Assembly (NCBI GenBank): GCA_043228905.1
Contig: JBHGNT010000010.1
Span: forward strand, 7,316,001-7,380,000
Length of the DNA stretch: 64,000 bases
Direction of reading: 5' to 3'
From: Azolla caroliniana
Taxonomy: Eukaryota; Plantae; Polypodiophyta
Position 1 is the stretch's first letter, and every line of letters begins with the position of its first letter. Shown piece by piece: positions 24,438-37,790 of the stretch. The notes beneath the pieces are model-generated. The model did not search any database. It saw only the letters and a program-made list of their open reading frames with translations, and was not told the DNA's origin. Made by a program: the position numbers and the translations under genes.

Positions 24438-27400
24438 TCTTGACTTTCCCCGAAGAACCAAAGTCTCTCACAGAAGCAATTAGTCGAGCGGTACAATGCG
24501 ATAACCACCTTTTCGAACAATGTTCGAATGTCAGTTTCAAATGCCAAGGACAAGATTAGAGCTCACCTACGCCTCAGTTGTAGCAAAACCTTTTCCAAGG
24601 GGCTCATATAATGCATCTCCGGAAAATACTCGAACACCAATGGAAATCGAGACCACACATCGTCGTGGAGCATTATCGGAAGAGGAAAAGCAACGCCGCC
24701 GAACAAATCGACTATGGCTATATTGCAGTGGACCGAGGCATATTGCAGTAAATTGTACCCATAGGACAACAAGACAAGTAAATCAAGTAGTCGTTAGTAC
24801 TAAACCGGAGTCTATTTCATTAGGAGTGTCTGATAATCCTAGTAGTCCAAGTTTATCCAAAAAAATTGAAGTCCTTATTCAACTGGGAGAAGAGTTAAAC
24901 GATCGAGTCTAGCCAAAATAGGAGACTTTTGGTTGGACAACCCTGTATCTGTACAACCTATTAGTGGTTCTATTCCCTTGAAGAAAGTTAGCAAGGTGTT
25001 CTTAGCTGAAGTAGTAGTTATTACTAAAAGTAATCCTCTAGTACATGTCTTAGCACTCTTAGATTCCTGAGCCAATTCTTGCTTCATGGATAGGAATTTT
25101 GCTCAAGTTCATCAGATATCCCTAAGAAAGCTTCCTTGCCCAAATTCTGTATTAGTCATTAATGGTTGTCCCATTGCTTCTGGAAATATCGTAGAAGAGT
25201 CAGAGTGGGTTCGTGTTGTCCTAGTCATTTTGGCATGTGAAATATCATTCAATATAATTAGTAGTCTAGAGCATCCAATTGTCTTGGGGTTACCACGGTT
25301 TGAATTACACAACCCCAAAATTGATTGGAGAACAAGAGAAATCAGGTACCGTCAATCTCGAGGATCTACTCATAGAATTTCAACCATTTCTCTAGATCAA
25401 TTGCATGAGGAAGGACGCAACAAACCAATGTTGTATTCGTAATATCAAAGAAACTTTCTAGTATCATTAAGGAGGAGTCAACAATTCAACTTGTGAAGAA
25501 GTATCACCATTATGCCGACGTTTTTGACAAGGTAAAAGCTAGTGCTCTTCCTCAACATCGACCGTATGATTGTCCTATTCATTTACAACGAGGAAAAGAG
25601 CCTCCGTGGGGAAGGATCTACAACTTATCACCAAGCAAGCTTGAAGTTCTTCGACCCTACATAGAGGAAAATTTGGCAAATGGGTTCATTCGACATTCGA
25701 TATCTCTAGCCGGCGCACCCATCTTCTTTGTGAAGAAAAAGGATGCATTACTTCGCCTAGTCGTGGATTATCGTGGCTTGAATAAGGTGACCATCAGGAA
25801 TAGGTATGCACTTCCTCTAATCTCGAGTATTCTAGAAAGGATTAATGGTGCAATTGTTTTCACTAAGATCGACTTATGAGGAGCATATAACCTCATACGG
25901 ATCCGATTGGGAGACGAATGGAAGACAACTTTCGCACTTGATATGAGCACTTTGAATCTACGGTTATGCCATTCGGCCTCAACAATGTGCCAACAGTTTT
26001 CTAGCACATCAGAAATGATATATTCCAAGATCTATTGAACATCTGTTTGATCATCTACGTGGATGATCTGCTAGTTTATTCAAAGACACAAGAGCAACAT
26101 GATTCTCATGTACTATTTGTACTAAAAGGACTAGAGAACATGGTGTATATGCAAAAGAGGAGCTTTTCTAGATCAAATTGATTCCTCTCGGGAAACCTAT
26201 TCATGGTCACAACAACCAGGTACAGATTGTTGACAATTCGAATGTCATGATGGATTACTCTCCTTTAAGAAACTTTTGTACATTCCCAATGGTCCATGTT
26301 ATCTTCAAGTAGTTCAAAATTGTCATGACACATACACACTGGACATTTTTGTAGTACTAAAACGTTGGATTTAGTACAATGATCATTTTGGTGGCCGCTG
26401 ATGCGAATATTTGTCGAAGAATACATTCGGACATGTGATACATGCAGTAGAGCGAAGATGCCCAGACATCATCCATATGGTTTATTGGAGCCATTACCCA
26501 TCCCTAACAAGTTGTGGCAATCTATTTCTCTAGATTTTATCACGTTGATCGGTAAATACTAAGATGGCACATTTCTTGCCCTGTACTAAAGAAATCACTA
26601 GCGAAGAAACTACAAAAATTGTGATGGGTGAAGTATTTCGGCATCATGGTCTTCTCGATAGTATCATCAATGATCATGGACCACAATTCGTCTCTAAATT
26701 TTGGAAGTATGTCTTCAAAATGGTCAAGGTCACCTGCAACCTCTCCTCTGGCTATCATCCCCAAACAGATGGTCAAACAGAATGTACAAATCAAACTCTA
26801 GAACAATATCTTCGGTGTTTCTTAAACTATTAACAAGATGATTGGGCAGATATTCTACATTTTGCTAAATTTGCTTACAATAACTCTATCCACTCCTCTA
26901 CTAGGATTACGCCATTCTATGCTTATACAAGTCATCATCCTCACTAGTGTGTATTAGAAACTCTTGAGTTACCCACAAATCCTAGTGCAGAGAAGCATTT
27001 TGAGCGGTTACGAAAGATTCATGCTGAACTATCTACCCACTTACATCAAGCCAAACAAACACATAAGGATTATGTGGATCATCACCGGATTCCATCCTAT
27101 TTTGATATGGGAGATCGAGTATGGCGTTTATGAAGACATATAAAAACTACTCGACCATGTGACAAATTGGATTATTGACGATTAGGGCCTCTTTGTATTA
27201 ATGTAAAAATTAATGATGTCACTTTTCGCCTTGATCTACCTCCGCAACTACAAATACATCCGGTATTTCATAGTACTCTTCTAGAACCCTATCAAGACAA
27301 CACTATTCCCAATCGTATTACACAACCTCCATCCCCTATCGAACTTGAAGATGGACTTGAGTACGAGGTTCCTGCCATCCTTGATTCCAAGATTGTTCGC

Positions 27401-28035
27401 AACAAGCTCTACTATTTGGTCGATTGGCTAGGCTATAGTCCAAGCGAGCGTACTTGGAAACCGGTAAAGAATGTGGCCAATGATCGAGATCTTCTTGAAG
27501 ACTTCAATCATTAATATTTAGACAAACTAGGTTCTCAATCAAAGCTGAGTTGTAACACTGGTTGTTTAAGGGGGGTATAATGGTATGGTATGGCTCCAAA
27601 AGGATTTGAACCCATGACCTTGTGTTACATGGGTTGAACCCTTACCATTAAACTATGTATTGTGTTACAAATAATATTATTTTCATTTATATTTCACTAC
27701 AGGAAATTCATGTATATTCCAGATTACTCTGGAACATTTTAGAAACTTCAGGAGTACTCCTAACAGTACTATAAATAGAGGCACATGACATTATTCAAAA
27801 CCAATTCGGTTCAACGCCAGTCTTAAGCCTCCTATTTGTTCTTGTATTCTTCTTCATATAATATACTTCTTGTTGTCATCACTCTCTCACTCGCTCTACT
27901 CTCTCCCTCACTCTCACTCTCACTCTCTTCTCTTCGCGTGACTCTCACACACTCTGTCTGTTATTAGTACTAAGCCTCATTCTTCCCCTCTATCTTTAGT
28001 ACTAGTTCTCCTTGCCTCTAGTAGTATCCCTGACA
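24438..28035 (+). mobile_element. 5'-truncated Ty3/gypsy chromovirus, Tcn1-like, degenerate; 3' LTR 27581-28035
   Basis: Gag end PMEIE..LSEEEKQRR..LYC..HIAVNC, protease [50 protein letters not shown], integrase YHPQTDGQTE, chromodomain EYEV.AILDSK..YYLVDWLGY..ERTW at ~27360-27480, PPT TTTAAGGGGGG near 27565. Confidence 0.9.
27590..27655 (-). promoter_or_regulatory. tRNA-like Pol III A-box/B-box unit, antisense within the LTR
   Basis: Minus strand TAGTTTAATGGT...GGTTCAAATCC with box starts 43 nt apart, as in tRNA genes. Similar units at ~44680-44735 (+) and ~48722-48777 (-). Confidence 0.6.
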
Positions 28036-28590
28036 CTTCTATAGTAGTGGTTTGATTGATGAACCCTTGAAAAGCATTCAGGTGCTCAACCATGCTTGAG
28101 CTTGCTTGATATCTCAACCTCACTATCTTCCTAAAGACGAAAGTTCTATTTAGGGCATTCTTTCGTCTCAAATATGCATGGCTTCCCGAGCCAAGGGAAA
28201 TAGAGATACACCAACACCTGATCTGAGTGAGGCATCGATCTTGGCAAATCGGATTCGCTGGTCATCTGTCACACAGGTGCGACCTCCTCAGTACACATTT
28301 CACTTGTCTCTCACTTCTTCTTACACTTATCTGTATCTTACACACAATTCTACACTTTGATCATCCAACACAAATGATTAGATCTAGGGTTTATACTTAC
28401 ACATATATACAAACATGTATTTACATATTTGTCCCTAGGTTAATATAACGGCTCTTGGTCGGATCAGCTCCCAACCGATCACAGCCCGCTTACCGTCTCA
28501 TAGCTGACACTTTGTACACAGCCGGTTCCCTGGTTGGCATTGGTTCATATGGGTCTCTGCTCCCATAAGGAGGGACAACATTTCACAACA
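28036..28590 (-). mobile_element. Copia gag fragment and 5' LTR remnant (same family as 1931-6420)
   Basis: KNALNRTFVFRKIVRLRY..EHLNAFQGFINQ gag peptide. 28360-28590 aligns by eye with 2320-2607 plus 6401-6420. Confidence 0.8.
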
Positions 28591-29272
28591 AGACCTAATC
28601 AAAGAGACTACATGATGAGAAAGAAGGGATTTTTTATTTATAAATATCAAAGCTCACACTCAACTTATTCCTAGATTAAGAGGTTGTGCATTATTTGTAT
28701 CTAAAGGGATCACAAAAAAAGAAGTGAAAACATGAATTTTTTTTGTTATGCTCTCATATAACAGTTAGAGTCTAACTAACTAATTAAGCAAAACATAAGG
28801 AATTAATGACCAAAGAAAGGAAAGAGGGGTGCCAAACCACCTGACCACCCCCTTGCAACCACATCAGGTTATTAATTATCCCTTTTTAGCTTCTTCTTCT
28901 CCTTCTTCTTACTTGAGCTATTTGTTTGGGTTCTTCTTGCTTTGAAAGGGGAAAAGGATGGATTAAGACAGATATTGAAGAAGTGAACACGAGAGAGTGC
29001 ATAGAAACCTATGAAAATAAAAAAATGCAATTATTGTTACTCATGAGGTTGGACCATTGGAACTCAAAGTCCTTCCTTTTTGTTTGTTTATTATTTCATT
29101 GTAATAATAAACTTGTATTCTCTATTTGCAATCACTCTTTCTAAGCCCTACATTAAAAATGGGTTTTATTTTGTAAAAACATCAAAAGGGTTTGTCTCAT
29201 TCGCTTAAATATCTTGTGGTCAACTAGACCTTGACATCTTAAAGTCTTGCAAGAGTTCGGCTTTGAGATTCA

Positions 29273-29735
29273 TTTTTGAACAAGAAGCCATTTACATTTT
29301 CCCTCATGCCCTTAGTCACTTTCAAAGGTTATCTCACTTTCCTTTTTGGAAAGCTATCTTTGTCTCGTAGAATGTTGCCAATGTTACTCATTTAATGGTG
29401 TTCTTTGAACAAGTGGAAGGTGATCTAAATTGCCTCTAAAGAAAAAGGTTCCCCAAATGCTTATTTGTAAGCTATTGAGCTAAAGATAGCAAATAAATAC
29501 ATCATTTGTGTTTTTGAACAATAAGCTAATTTACATTTTCCATCATGCCCGTAGTCACTTTCAAATCTTATCTCACTTTCCTTTTTGGAAAGCTATCTTT
29601 TTCTCATAGGATGTTGTCAATGTAAGTCACTTAATGGCGATCTTCGAACATGTGGAAGACTATCTAAATTTCCTACAAAGAAAAAAGTGCTCCAAATGCT
29701 CATTTGTAAGCTAATGAGCTACAGATAGTGAAGAA
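29273..29735. repeat. Diverged tandem duplication, unit ~238 bp
   Basis: TTTACATTTTCC..GTCACTTTCAAA..TTATCTCACTTTCCTTTTTGGAAAGCTATCTTT occurs twice, 238-239 bp apart. Confidence 0.9.
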
Positions 29736-30098
29736 ATATGGCATTCATCTTGAATTGGCTTTTAAGCAACGAAACTATGTACCCCAAGATTTTCGATATT
29801 CGAATAGAAATAAGTTATGAGTGTCATGATGCACTAGTCCAATGCACCTTGGGATACTAATCTTTACACATTGATAACTAGCATTTAGTTATTGGTGAGA
29901 AAGGAATCTTATAATGTCGAAATTTATGTATAACAATGTGCTCAGTGATAGGTTAATAAAGCCCATAGATAAAAGTTCATCGGCGATTACATCCATTAGA
30001 GATGCAAGGCATTAAGTAGCTATAATCTCAATTCATTTTGTTTTTGACTTACCAAGGGATATAGGTTTAGTCAGCAAGCTCTCACAAGACTGACGGAT

Positions 30099-33000
30099 TT
30101 GTCACAAGGGGAAGCTCTAGGGCTAAGGGTTTATGTAATTGTTGCTGAACGAAACAAGCTGCCGGCTATAGGCTTCTCTTTTGATCTAACAGACCTAGAG
30201 GTTACAACTAGTAACATGCCACGGATCTCCAACTTTATAGAAGTCAAGGCACACAAATACTTTCGCAGCCTACCTATCAATTGGAATGGAGATAATTGGA
30301 GGTTTATGTGGCTGAATGCTGGAATGATATGTGGGAGTTTTCATAATTCTTGCATTAAAAAACAGATTTTACTATGCCTAGAGGAGATGATAGACCCTCT
30401 TGATGAGGTGTTGCACTTCCATGAGGAGGAAATGGTTGAAGCTACAAGGCAAGATGTTGTTTTAGGATGGGAGAGGATCAAGTCGGGAGGTTGGGCATGG
30501 GCTTGTGGGGAGGGACTATGTCCGGCTTGGGAGACCTCACAATTGTTCTCATGAAATTAATCATGTGGAACATACAATGTCTAGGCGGTAGCAAATGTAT
30601 GTTGGAGAGGAAGAACCTCCGCCAAGAGTTCAAATCCCCTAGCTTTAGGGGGATCCCAGACATTTTGCTCTTGCAAGAGCACCATTTGAGTGCGAACAGA
30701 ATCTTGAGTATTGGCAATCCTCTAGCGGGGGATTGGCATACTATTTGGTCCCCAGCGCAAGGTGAGCATGGTAGAAAAGGGGGTGTTTGTACATCTATTA
30801 AGAATAATCCAGATATAATTGTTGTGGGCCAAGGCACCATCGTGGAGGGACGTGCCATCTATGTGACAATCAGATGGCAACAACGTATCATTGGAATAAT
30901 AAATGTGTACGCGCCCAATTCGACAGTGATGCGGGCCCTTTTTTGGAGGCAATTGGCTGATGGATTGCCAATGGCAGATGCATGGATCCTCGTAGGGGAT
31001 TTTAACATGACTATGCACGCAGAAGACAAGGTGGGGGGCATGCATACGGCGGTGTAGGGGTCAGAGCTAGTTGCATGGGATTTGTTGATGGGCAGAATGG
31101 GAGTGAAAGATGCTTGGTATGTACTAAAAAAGCCTCGGAGCTCATTACGCTTCTCAAGAGCAGGCTGTAATATAAATGGCTATTGTATGTCTCGCATAGA
31201 CAGAATATACATAAACTCGGAACTGGAAAAATATGGCAGCAATGTTGAAATCATCGTAGGTTCAGCTTACTCTGATCACATGCCGATTTCGATTACGTTG
31301 GTCACTCAGAGGCTGAACAAAAGGGACTGCAACTTAAGGATTAGTAATAAGCTTTTTGAGGATGTGGAGGTGAGAAGTAAGATAAGGAGTATATGGGAAA
31401 ATAATCTAGCTGGTTGTGGTGCTTTGGATAATCTTCAAGGAAAGATTATTGAAACTTCAAAGTATTTGCATGAAGAGACTAAAAATAGATTGGAGAGATC
31501 TAAGGAAAGAGAGGTGAGACTAAGAAGATCGATAGCGGCTGCCCAAAGAATGCTCCAGAAAAATCCCAAGTGTCTTTGGTCAAGATCAGGTTTGGAGGCT
31601 GCCAAAGAAACACTACAGCGGTTGATTGTGTCAAGAAATAAGATGGTATTCAGGAGTTCAGCAGCTTGGTGGAGCAGGAATGGGGACAAGGTGAACCAAC
31701 AATTTTTTAAGTTTAAAAAACCGTGCACAATTGGTAACTTCATTCCTAAACTGATCAAGGAGGATGGTTCACTGTCAGAAGATGTATCGGAGATCATGGA
31801 GGCAGTCACATCTCACTATAATGGGCTACTATCAAATAATTATAGTCTCCCAGACCAGCCCTCACTGGCAAAATTTGTATTGGAGGGAATGCAACCAAGA
31901 ATTTCAGAGGTTGCACAAGTTAAGTTGTCAGGGCCACTCTTGGAAGAGGAGGTGTCAGATGCTCTAGCAAGTATATGTAGAACGTCTTGTCCAGGAGACG
32001 ATGGATTATCAAAAGATTTTTATGAAAATTTTTGGGAAATAATTAAGGTTGACCTGGTTGCTGGACTAAATGAGGCATGGGATGATGGGTACCTCCCTGA
32101 ACATTTTAAAGAGGGACAAATATTTCTAATTCCTAAGGTAAAGGGTATAGTATTAGATGTGAGGCAATGGAGACCGATTATGTTGCTCAACACAATCTAT
32201 AAGATTTTTGCTAATATGCTGGCCAAGAGGGTCAAACCCCACTTACATGCGCTAATTAATGTTGGACAAACAGGATTCATGGAAAATAGATGTATAATCG
32301 ATAATGTGTTGACCTTTTGGGAAGCGATTGCCCTGGCGAAGAAAACCAATCAACATATTGCATGCGTCATGCTTGACTTTGAGAAGGCATATGATAGAGT
32401 ACAATGGCCTTTTTTAGACAAAGTCATGGAGCGGTTGGGACTACCCTCAAAATGGAGAGCAGCTGCGTTGGCGCTTTACAAAGGAAGCTTGAGTAGGGTG
32501 TTGGTACTAGGGCAACGGGGCCCATCAATTCCATTATGCAAGTCTGTCAGACAGGGGTGCCCATTGGCCCCCTACCTTTATTTATTTATCTCAGAGGCAT
32601 TCTCTTTCTTTTTAAATAGACCGGATGCAGGAATTCGAGGTTTGGTTGTCCCACATGCTTGTAAGGACTTGTTGGACTCCACGTATGCAGATGACACCAT
32701 GCTCTATCTGCAAGGCAATGATGCTAATTTACAGCAGGCTGAAAATCGAATTGAGTTGTTCTGTAAAGCATCAGGTGGGAAAATTAATTGGAACAAAAGT
32801 AGAGGGTTTTGGGTAAGTCCAAACTCTTGGCCGAATTGGCAACCTAATGCTGATTTTCAATGGGTTCCTAATGGAAGGGCTGTTAAGTATTTGGGCTTTT
32901 TGGTGGGAATAGAGATTCAGAAAAATCAGCAACTTGAGCAAGTGAAAGACAAAATCAGAAAAAAGCTTCGGTTATGGGCATCAGTAAAGCTTTCCCTTGC

Positions 33001-35053
33001 AGGTAGAGTGGTTGTGGTAAACCATATTTTGTTGGCCACCATGTGGCACTCGTTGGCATGCTGGATGTTAGATAAAGAGTGCATAAAAAATATTAAGGCA
33101 ATGGTGAGAGGGTTCCTTTGGTCGGGTAGAGACCATGAGCTGCTTCAGCTAAAGTGGCCTGGAGTTGTTTGATCAAGGCAAAAAGTCAAGGTGGACTTGG
33201 GATGGTGGATCCAGGTCACCAAAGTAAGGCTTTACTTGGTAAGATCTTGGTGCGAAGTCTCCAACCTGGACCAAAATTGTGGAAATTGCTTCTTAGAGAC
33301 AGAGCTGAACTCTGGAGTCCGAGGAATGGCGGCCCTTGGAAGGCAAAGATGTGGTGGTTGTTCAGTCCAGGCCTAACGTTAAAAGAACCTACTAGCATGG
33401 AGGATAGGGTGGCCCGCACCATAATGAGGGCCTGGTCAAGTTTAAGAGAGGGGCTGGTCTTAATGCAGCCAAAAACAATGGAGGAACAACTCCGTCAACC
33501 TCTGTTTTGGAACCCTAGGATTCGAAGTGATGATGGTATGATGCTTGGTCAGAAAAAATACTTGCCATGGGGAAAAATGGTAGGGTACAATGTTAGTTCA
33601 GTAAGAGATTGGGAGGAGTTCAAAAGGAGAAGAAGGGAGGGTCTGGTTGGAAGTCCTAGATTTACCGGCAGGCTGGAAAAGGTTACCCACTTGATAGATA
33701 AGGCTGTTGATGGTCTAGCTAGGCTGAATGAAGAAGAGGGGGTCTGGTTTGGGTGGTTTGTAGGTGAGGGCGATGCACAAATTATCCGAGGAAGGTGCCC
33801 ATCTAATGAGTATCGTTTGTGGGGCAACCTAAGTGCTTTGGCAGACAATGGCCAATGGTTGGCAGTGCGAGTGGCAATGTTGGAAGGTAAGAAGTGGCAA
33901 GTAAACCCGGACCCAAGGAAGCTGGAATCTGATCGTAAACTCTGGATAGTTGACAACAAGCCCATATGTGATCTGGATTGGGATCCACTAGAGGTGTGGT
34001 GGCAGAAACCGGGAACGGACAAACTTGAACGGTTTTTCGAGTACACTACCAAGCTAGGAAGGCAAATCATTGGCTCTAAATTGATGGGTGCTGGCCTAAC
34101 TCGCAATAGTTGGAAGGATAAAGGCATTTCTGATGACTGGTTGAAGTCGTTTTGGAGGAGGCTATGGGCGTTTGATATGCCAGAAAAAATAAAGCTTTGG
34201 TTGTGGTTTCTTAGTCACAAAGCGGTGCCGGTGGGGGAGTGGCTTAGGTGTCGTGGTGGTGAGGCTGGATGCAAAAGTTGTGGACACCCTTTGGAATCAA
34301 TTCCTCATTGTTTTTGGAACTGCAGCGAGGCTATTAACATTTGGGGTAGAAGTCTCAGGATAGTGGCAGCATGCGGAGTGAATGGGAGAGTTGTATGGGG
34401 GTCCGTACAAGGGCTGAAGTTAACAGGGGAAGGCTGGGCTGAACAGTTAAACCCACACGGACATGGTTTTATAGTGCAGGATGGCAAGGTGTTTCAACGG
34501 GCTGGAGTTCGACATGGCACTAACTCAGAATTTTTTGAAGAGATATGGATGATGGTGTCTTGTTTATCGGTCTGGCACATTTGGACCAACCGTTGTAAAT
34601 TTGTTTTTCAACAACAAAAGATCCCTAGCGGTGAGGTATTATTAAATATCTGGTTTGAGTTGGTATCTTGGCTGCGGGGACGATACGACTCAATCAAGGG
34701 GGAATCTGATGCAGCTGAAAGATCTCGATCAAAGTTCTTGCTGAAATGGGGTAATTCTCCTATGGTGGGCAGATCCTCATCAGGGCCTCAATGGAACTAC
34801 CAAGCACCCCGATGGCTGTTTCCGGTTTCCAACAGCGTCTAGGTGCTGTAAATCTGTATAGATATGGTACAAATTATTAGGTTATTGGAGTTGTTTAGAT
34901 ACGTTTGTTGAAAATGAGGTGGGGACTATGTCCACTTTGGTGGGAAGGCCAGAGTGAGGGCTGGTGAGAAGAACTTTGGGTGTTCTATGATGTAATTTTG
35001 TTTGCTAACTAATGCGAAGTAGTGTTTTTTTGGAAAAAAATAAATAAATAAAA
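30099..35053 (+). mobile_element. L1/Tx1-like LINE, probably 5'-truncated
   Basis: Possible ORF1 tail (30099-30554) overlapping the ORF2 start, full ORF2, short 3' UTR and A-rich tail at ~35034-35053. No TSD identified. Confidence 0.9.
30551..34842 (+). pseudogene. LINE ORF2 (APE endonuclease, reverse transcriptase, zf-RVT) with one in-frame stop and one frameshift
   Basis: WNIQCL, LLLQEHH, NVYAPN, GDFN, RIDRIY and SDHMPI (endonuclease); WRPIMLLN, LDFEKAYDRV, RQGCPLAP and YADD (RT); CKSC..ESIPHCFWNC. Stop at 31055-31057, frameshift at ~33150. Confidence 0.95.
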
Positions 35054-37790
35054 GATATGATACCATATGGGTTGTAGTCAACCACCTTTGGTGGCATGAC
35101 TCATTTTTTCGCAAACCATTGGTGGCATGATACACATGGTGCATGGCATCTTGTTAATGCATTGAACTTAGGCCATGGTACCCAATATTTTTATTGTTCG
35201 TGAATGAAATCTTATGGAAAAATGTATGTTTGACAATATTATTAGTGTCAACTTAATAAACCTGAGAGATGGACAATTTTTGGGCCATAACATCCATTCT
35301 AGATATGAAACCATAAAGCAGTCAAGTATCTTGCTTAATTGTAATAAAGGACATGGTACAATCTAACTCATAGACAATTAGCAAGCAAAACCACTCCTGT
35401 GAAAACCATTGTTAAGAGAAATGAATGGGCTCATATAGCACTCAACAATTTATGTAAAGTATATGGTTTTCCCAATGACAATGTCATAAGTAAGGATTCC
35501 AAATTAATTAAACGATTCTCACAAATGATATTTGAAAACTAAAAACTATTTTGAGCATAGATCCTCAAATCATCTTAAACCAATCAATAAAATATTAGCT
35601 AAGTTAAAATATCTATCTTTCCCTTTCAAGATTGTACATGATGACTTTATAAACAAGGGAGAAGTGTGGGCTACATTGATGTCCCTTTATTCATGGTGTT
35701 AGACTAATGTTTGATGTTATAAATGTTATGTTAAGTACAATTTGTTTTCAGAATACCCATAGTTGAAATGTTGTGATCTCTATCCAGGTAGGTTATTTTT
35801 CTCCTTTATAGCTAATAATGAGTGGCAATTTTTTGAGGTTTTGGACGATGGTAAATGGTGCCTAACAATTAACTATTGTTCATAAAGTAAGAATTTTGCC
35901 TAGATCATTTGATGGTTTGTTAGTTGACCCGAATTCATAGAATGTGAAAGCTAGATGGATTTTTTGGTGCGGTCACTTTGTGGGATCTTGGAGATTCATT
36001 TGTATTGGATGGTAAAGTGGTTAATTGTTTTTGAATACTTGACAAAGCTAAGTAGACATCCGTCTTTACAATAAAAAGTTTTGGAGCAAGCTTTTCAGAA
36101 TTTTTGTGATTAGTCTTCAATTGGTTATTCGGACGCTAGAGGGATTTAGGGATTTTTTATCATTTCTAGAGGAATTTTGTGGGTCTGATTTGGATTAGGC
36201 TAATTGCTCAAAGAGTTTACGCTTTCCAATGGTTGTTGGTTCGTCGTAGAGTTCCTTTGAGCTTTAGTAGTTTGTCTGGTTTGTTAATCAGAAGAATCAA
36301 TTCATCATTGTTTCTAGGAGTGTACATTGGTTAAAAAATTCTAGTTACAAACTTTTGTGGTTGCATGTTTGAAGGGCTTCAACGTGGTATGGAATTTATT
36401 TCATAACTCGGTTTTTTCTTATTAGACGGATTCCATCATGCATTCAAAATTAACAACTTGGGATGTAAGGATTTTTGTAGGATCTAATGTTGACTTGAAT
36501 GCTATTTTGGAATCAAAGGAGTTATGAAATAGATTGGCTTCAATAATTGTAGTCTTTATGGAAAGCATAATGTGTGCGGATGTTTCAAGGTCACAAAATT
36601 TTGGTTGAAGAAATCATTGCTTCAGTTTAGTCAAAATCGGTGAATTCATTAAAAGTTGAATACGTTAGTATTCCCATAGATACAAATTCTAGAAAGTTAT
36701 TACGAATTTCTTTTCGGAAGGTTTGGAGTTGCATTCCAGTTTTTCAGTTGGTAATTGTTAGATGACTTGACACGTTTGTCCCCCTCGTTGGTTGTTCTTG
36801 GCTACTTTTGATGTATATAGATTCATCTCCTTAGTTGCTTAATGAAAGGATCTTTTGCTAGCCATTGACTTTCATAGTAGCTTTTAGAAGTATTATGGCT
36901 TCCTTTCTAGCTATTTTGTAGGTTGTTGACAATATGGCTTTTCTTAACTAACGGAAGGATGTTCTTACTTGAAATAAGAAGGAAAATATGCACATAAGAA
37001 ATTTGAATCAAAAGATGAAATGCCTTCAACTAGTTATGATGATGATAATACATATAGTGATAATGAGAATGCATTATTTGCAACCACATTTTAAATTTGA
37101 ATGATATATGTTACATGGATTCAAGGTGTTCAAGTCACATGTTTGAAAATAGTGACTTATTTCATGAAACAACTAAAATGAGTATATGCCTAAGGAAATA
37201 ATTAGTATTGGAAATGACATGATGTTGTGATGTGGGTGCACACATGAAAAAACATGTCAAACTAGAAATATATAAAAGGCCAAAGGAGCAAGCGTATGGT
37301 AAGCCGACCATGGAATGAGTTGTATTTGATGACAACCAAAAGGCTTAGTTCAATTGGTAAGAGTGTATACTATGGATGGTAGGTCGAGGGTTGGAGTAAT
37401 GTTTTGACCATAGAAGATTAAACAGATTTGGAAAGAAAATGGAATGCAAGGTGGAAATGTTACTGAATTTTAGCCGGTCAGCTACCCAAAGTGTAAAGGT
37501 CGAGTTGAGGAGTCGGAATCGAACGAGTGTGCAAAGATAGAAGTCGAAGATGGTACTTTGTGCTAAGTAGAAAATAGAGTAATTTAGAAAATAGAACAAT
37601 TAGTGTAACTGTAGGTTCTTGCCGAATAGGCAAGTGTACTATCTTGAAAGGATCTCTCAGGTCACCTATAAAAAGAGACCGAGTGCATTGTATAATTTAT
37701 TAGTCTGGTTTGGTTAGTAATATAATTTTGGTAGTTAGCGTATATATTGTGTTGTATGTTGTGTTTCTTTGCTACACACATTATATCATA

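Noticed and set aside
27581-27660. Functional tRNA gene
   Set aside because: A and B boxes are present, but the acceptor and anticodon stems do not pair and the unit lies inside an LTR.
1931-28595. TSD uniting the outermost LTRs into one element
   Set aside because: AGACC after 28590 has no counterpart at the left boundary, and the two LTRs are visibly diverged.
35800-37200. Possible decayed LINE ORF1 or copia protease remnants
   Set aside because: Too degenerate to read a diagnostic motif.
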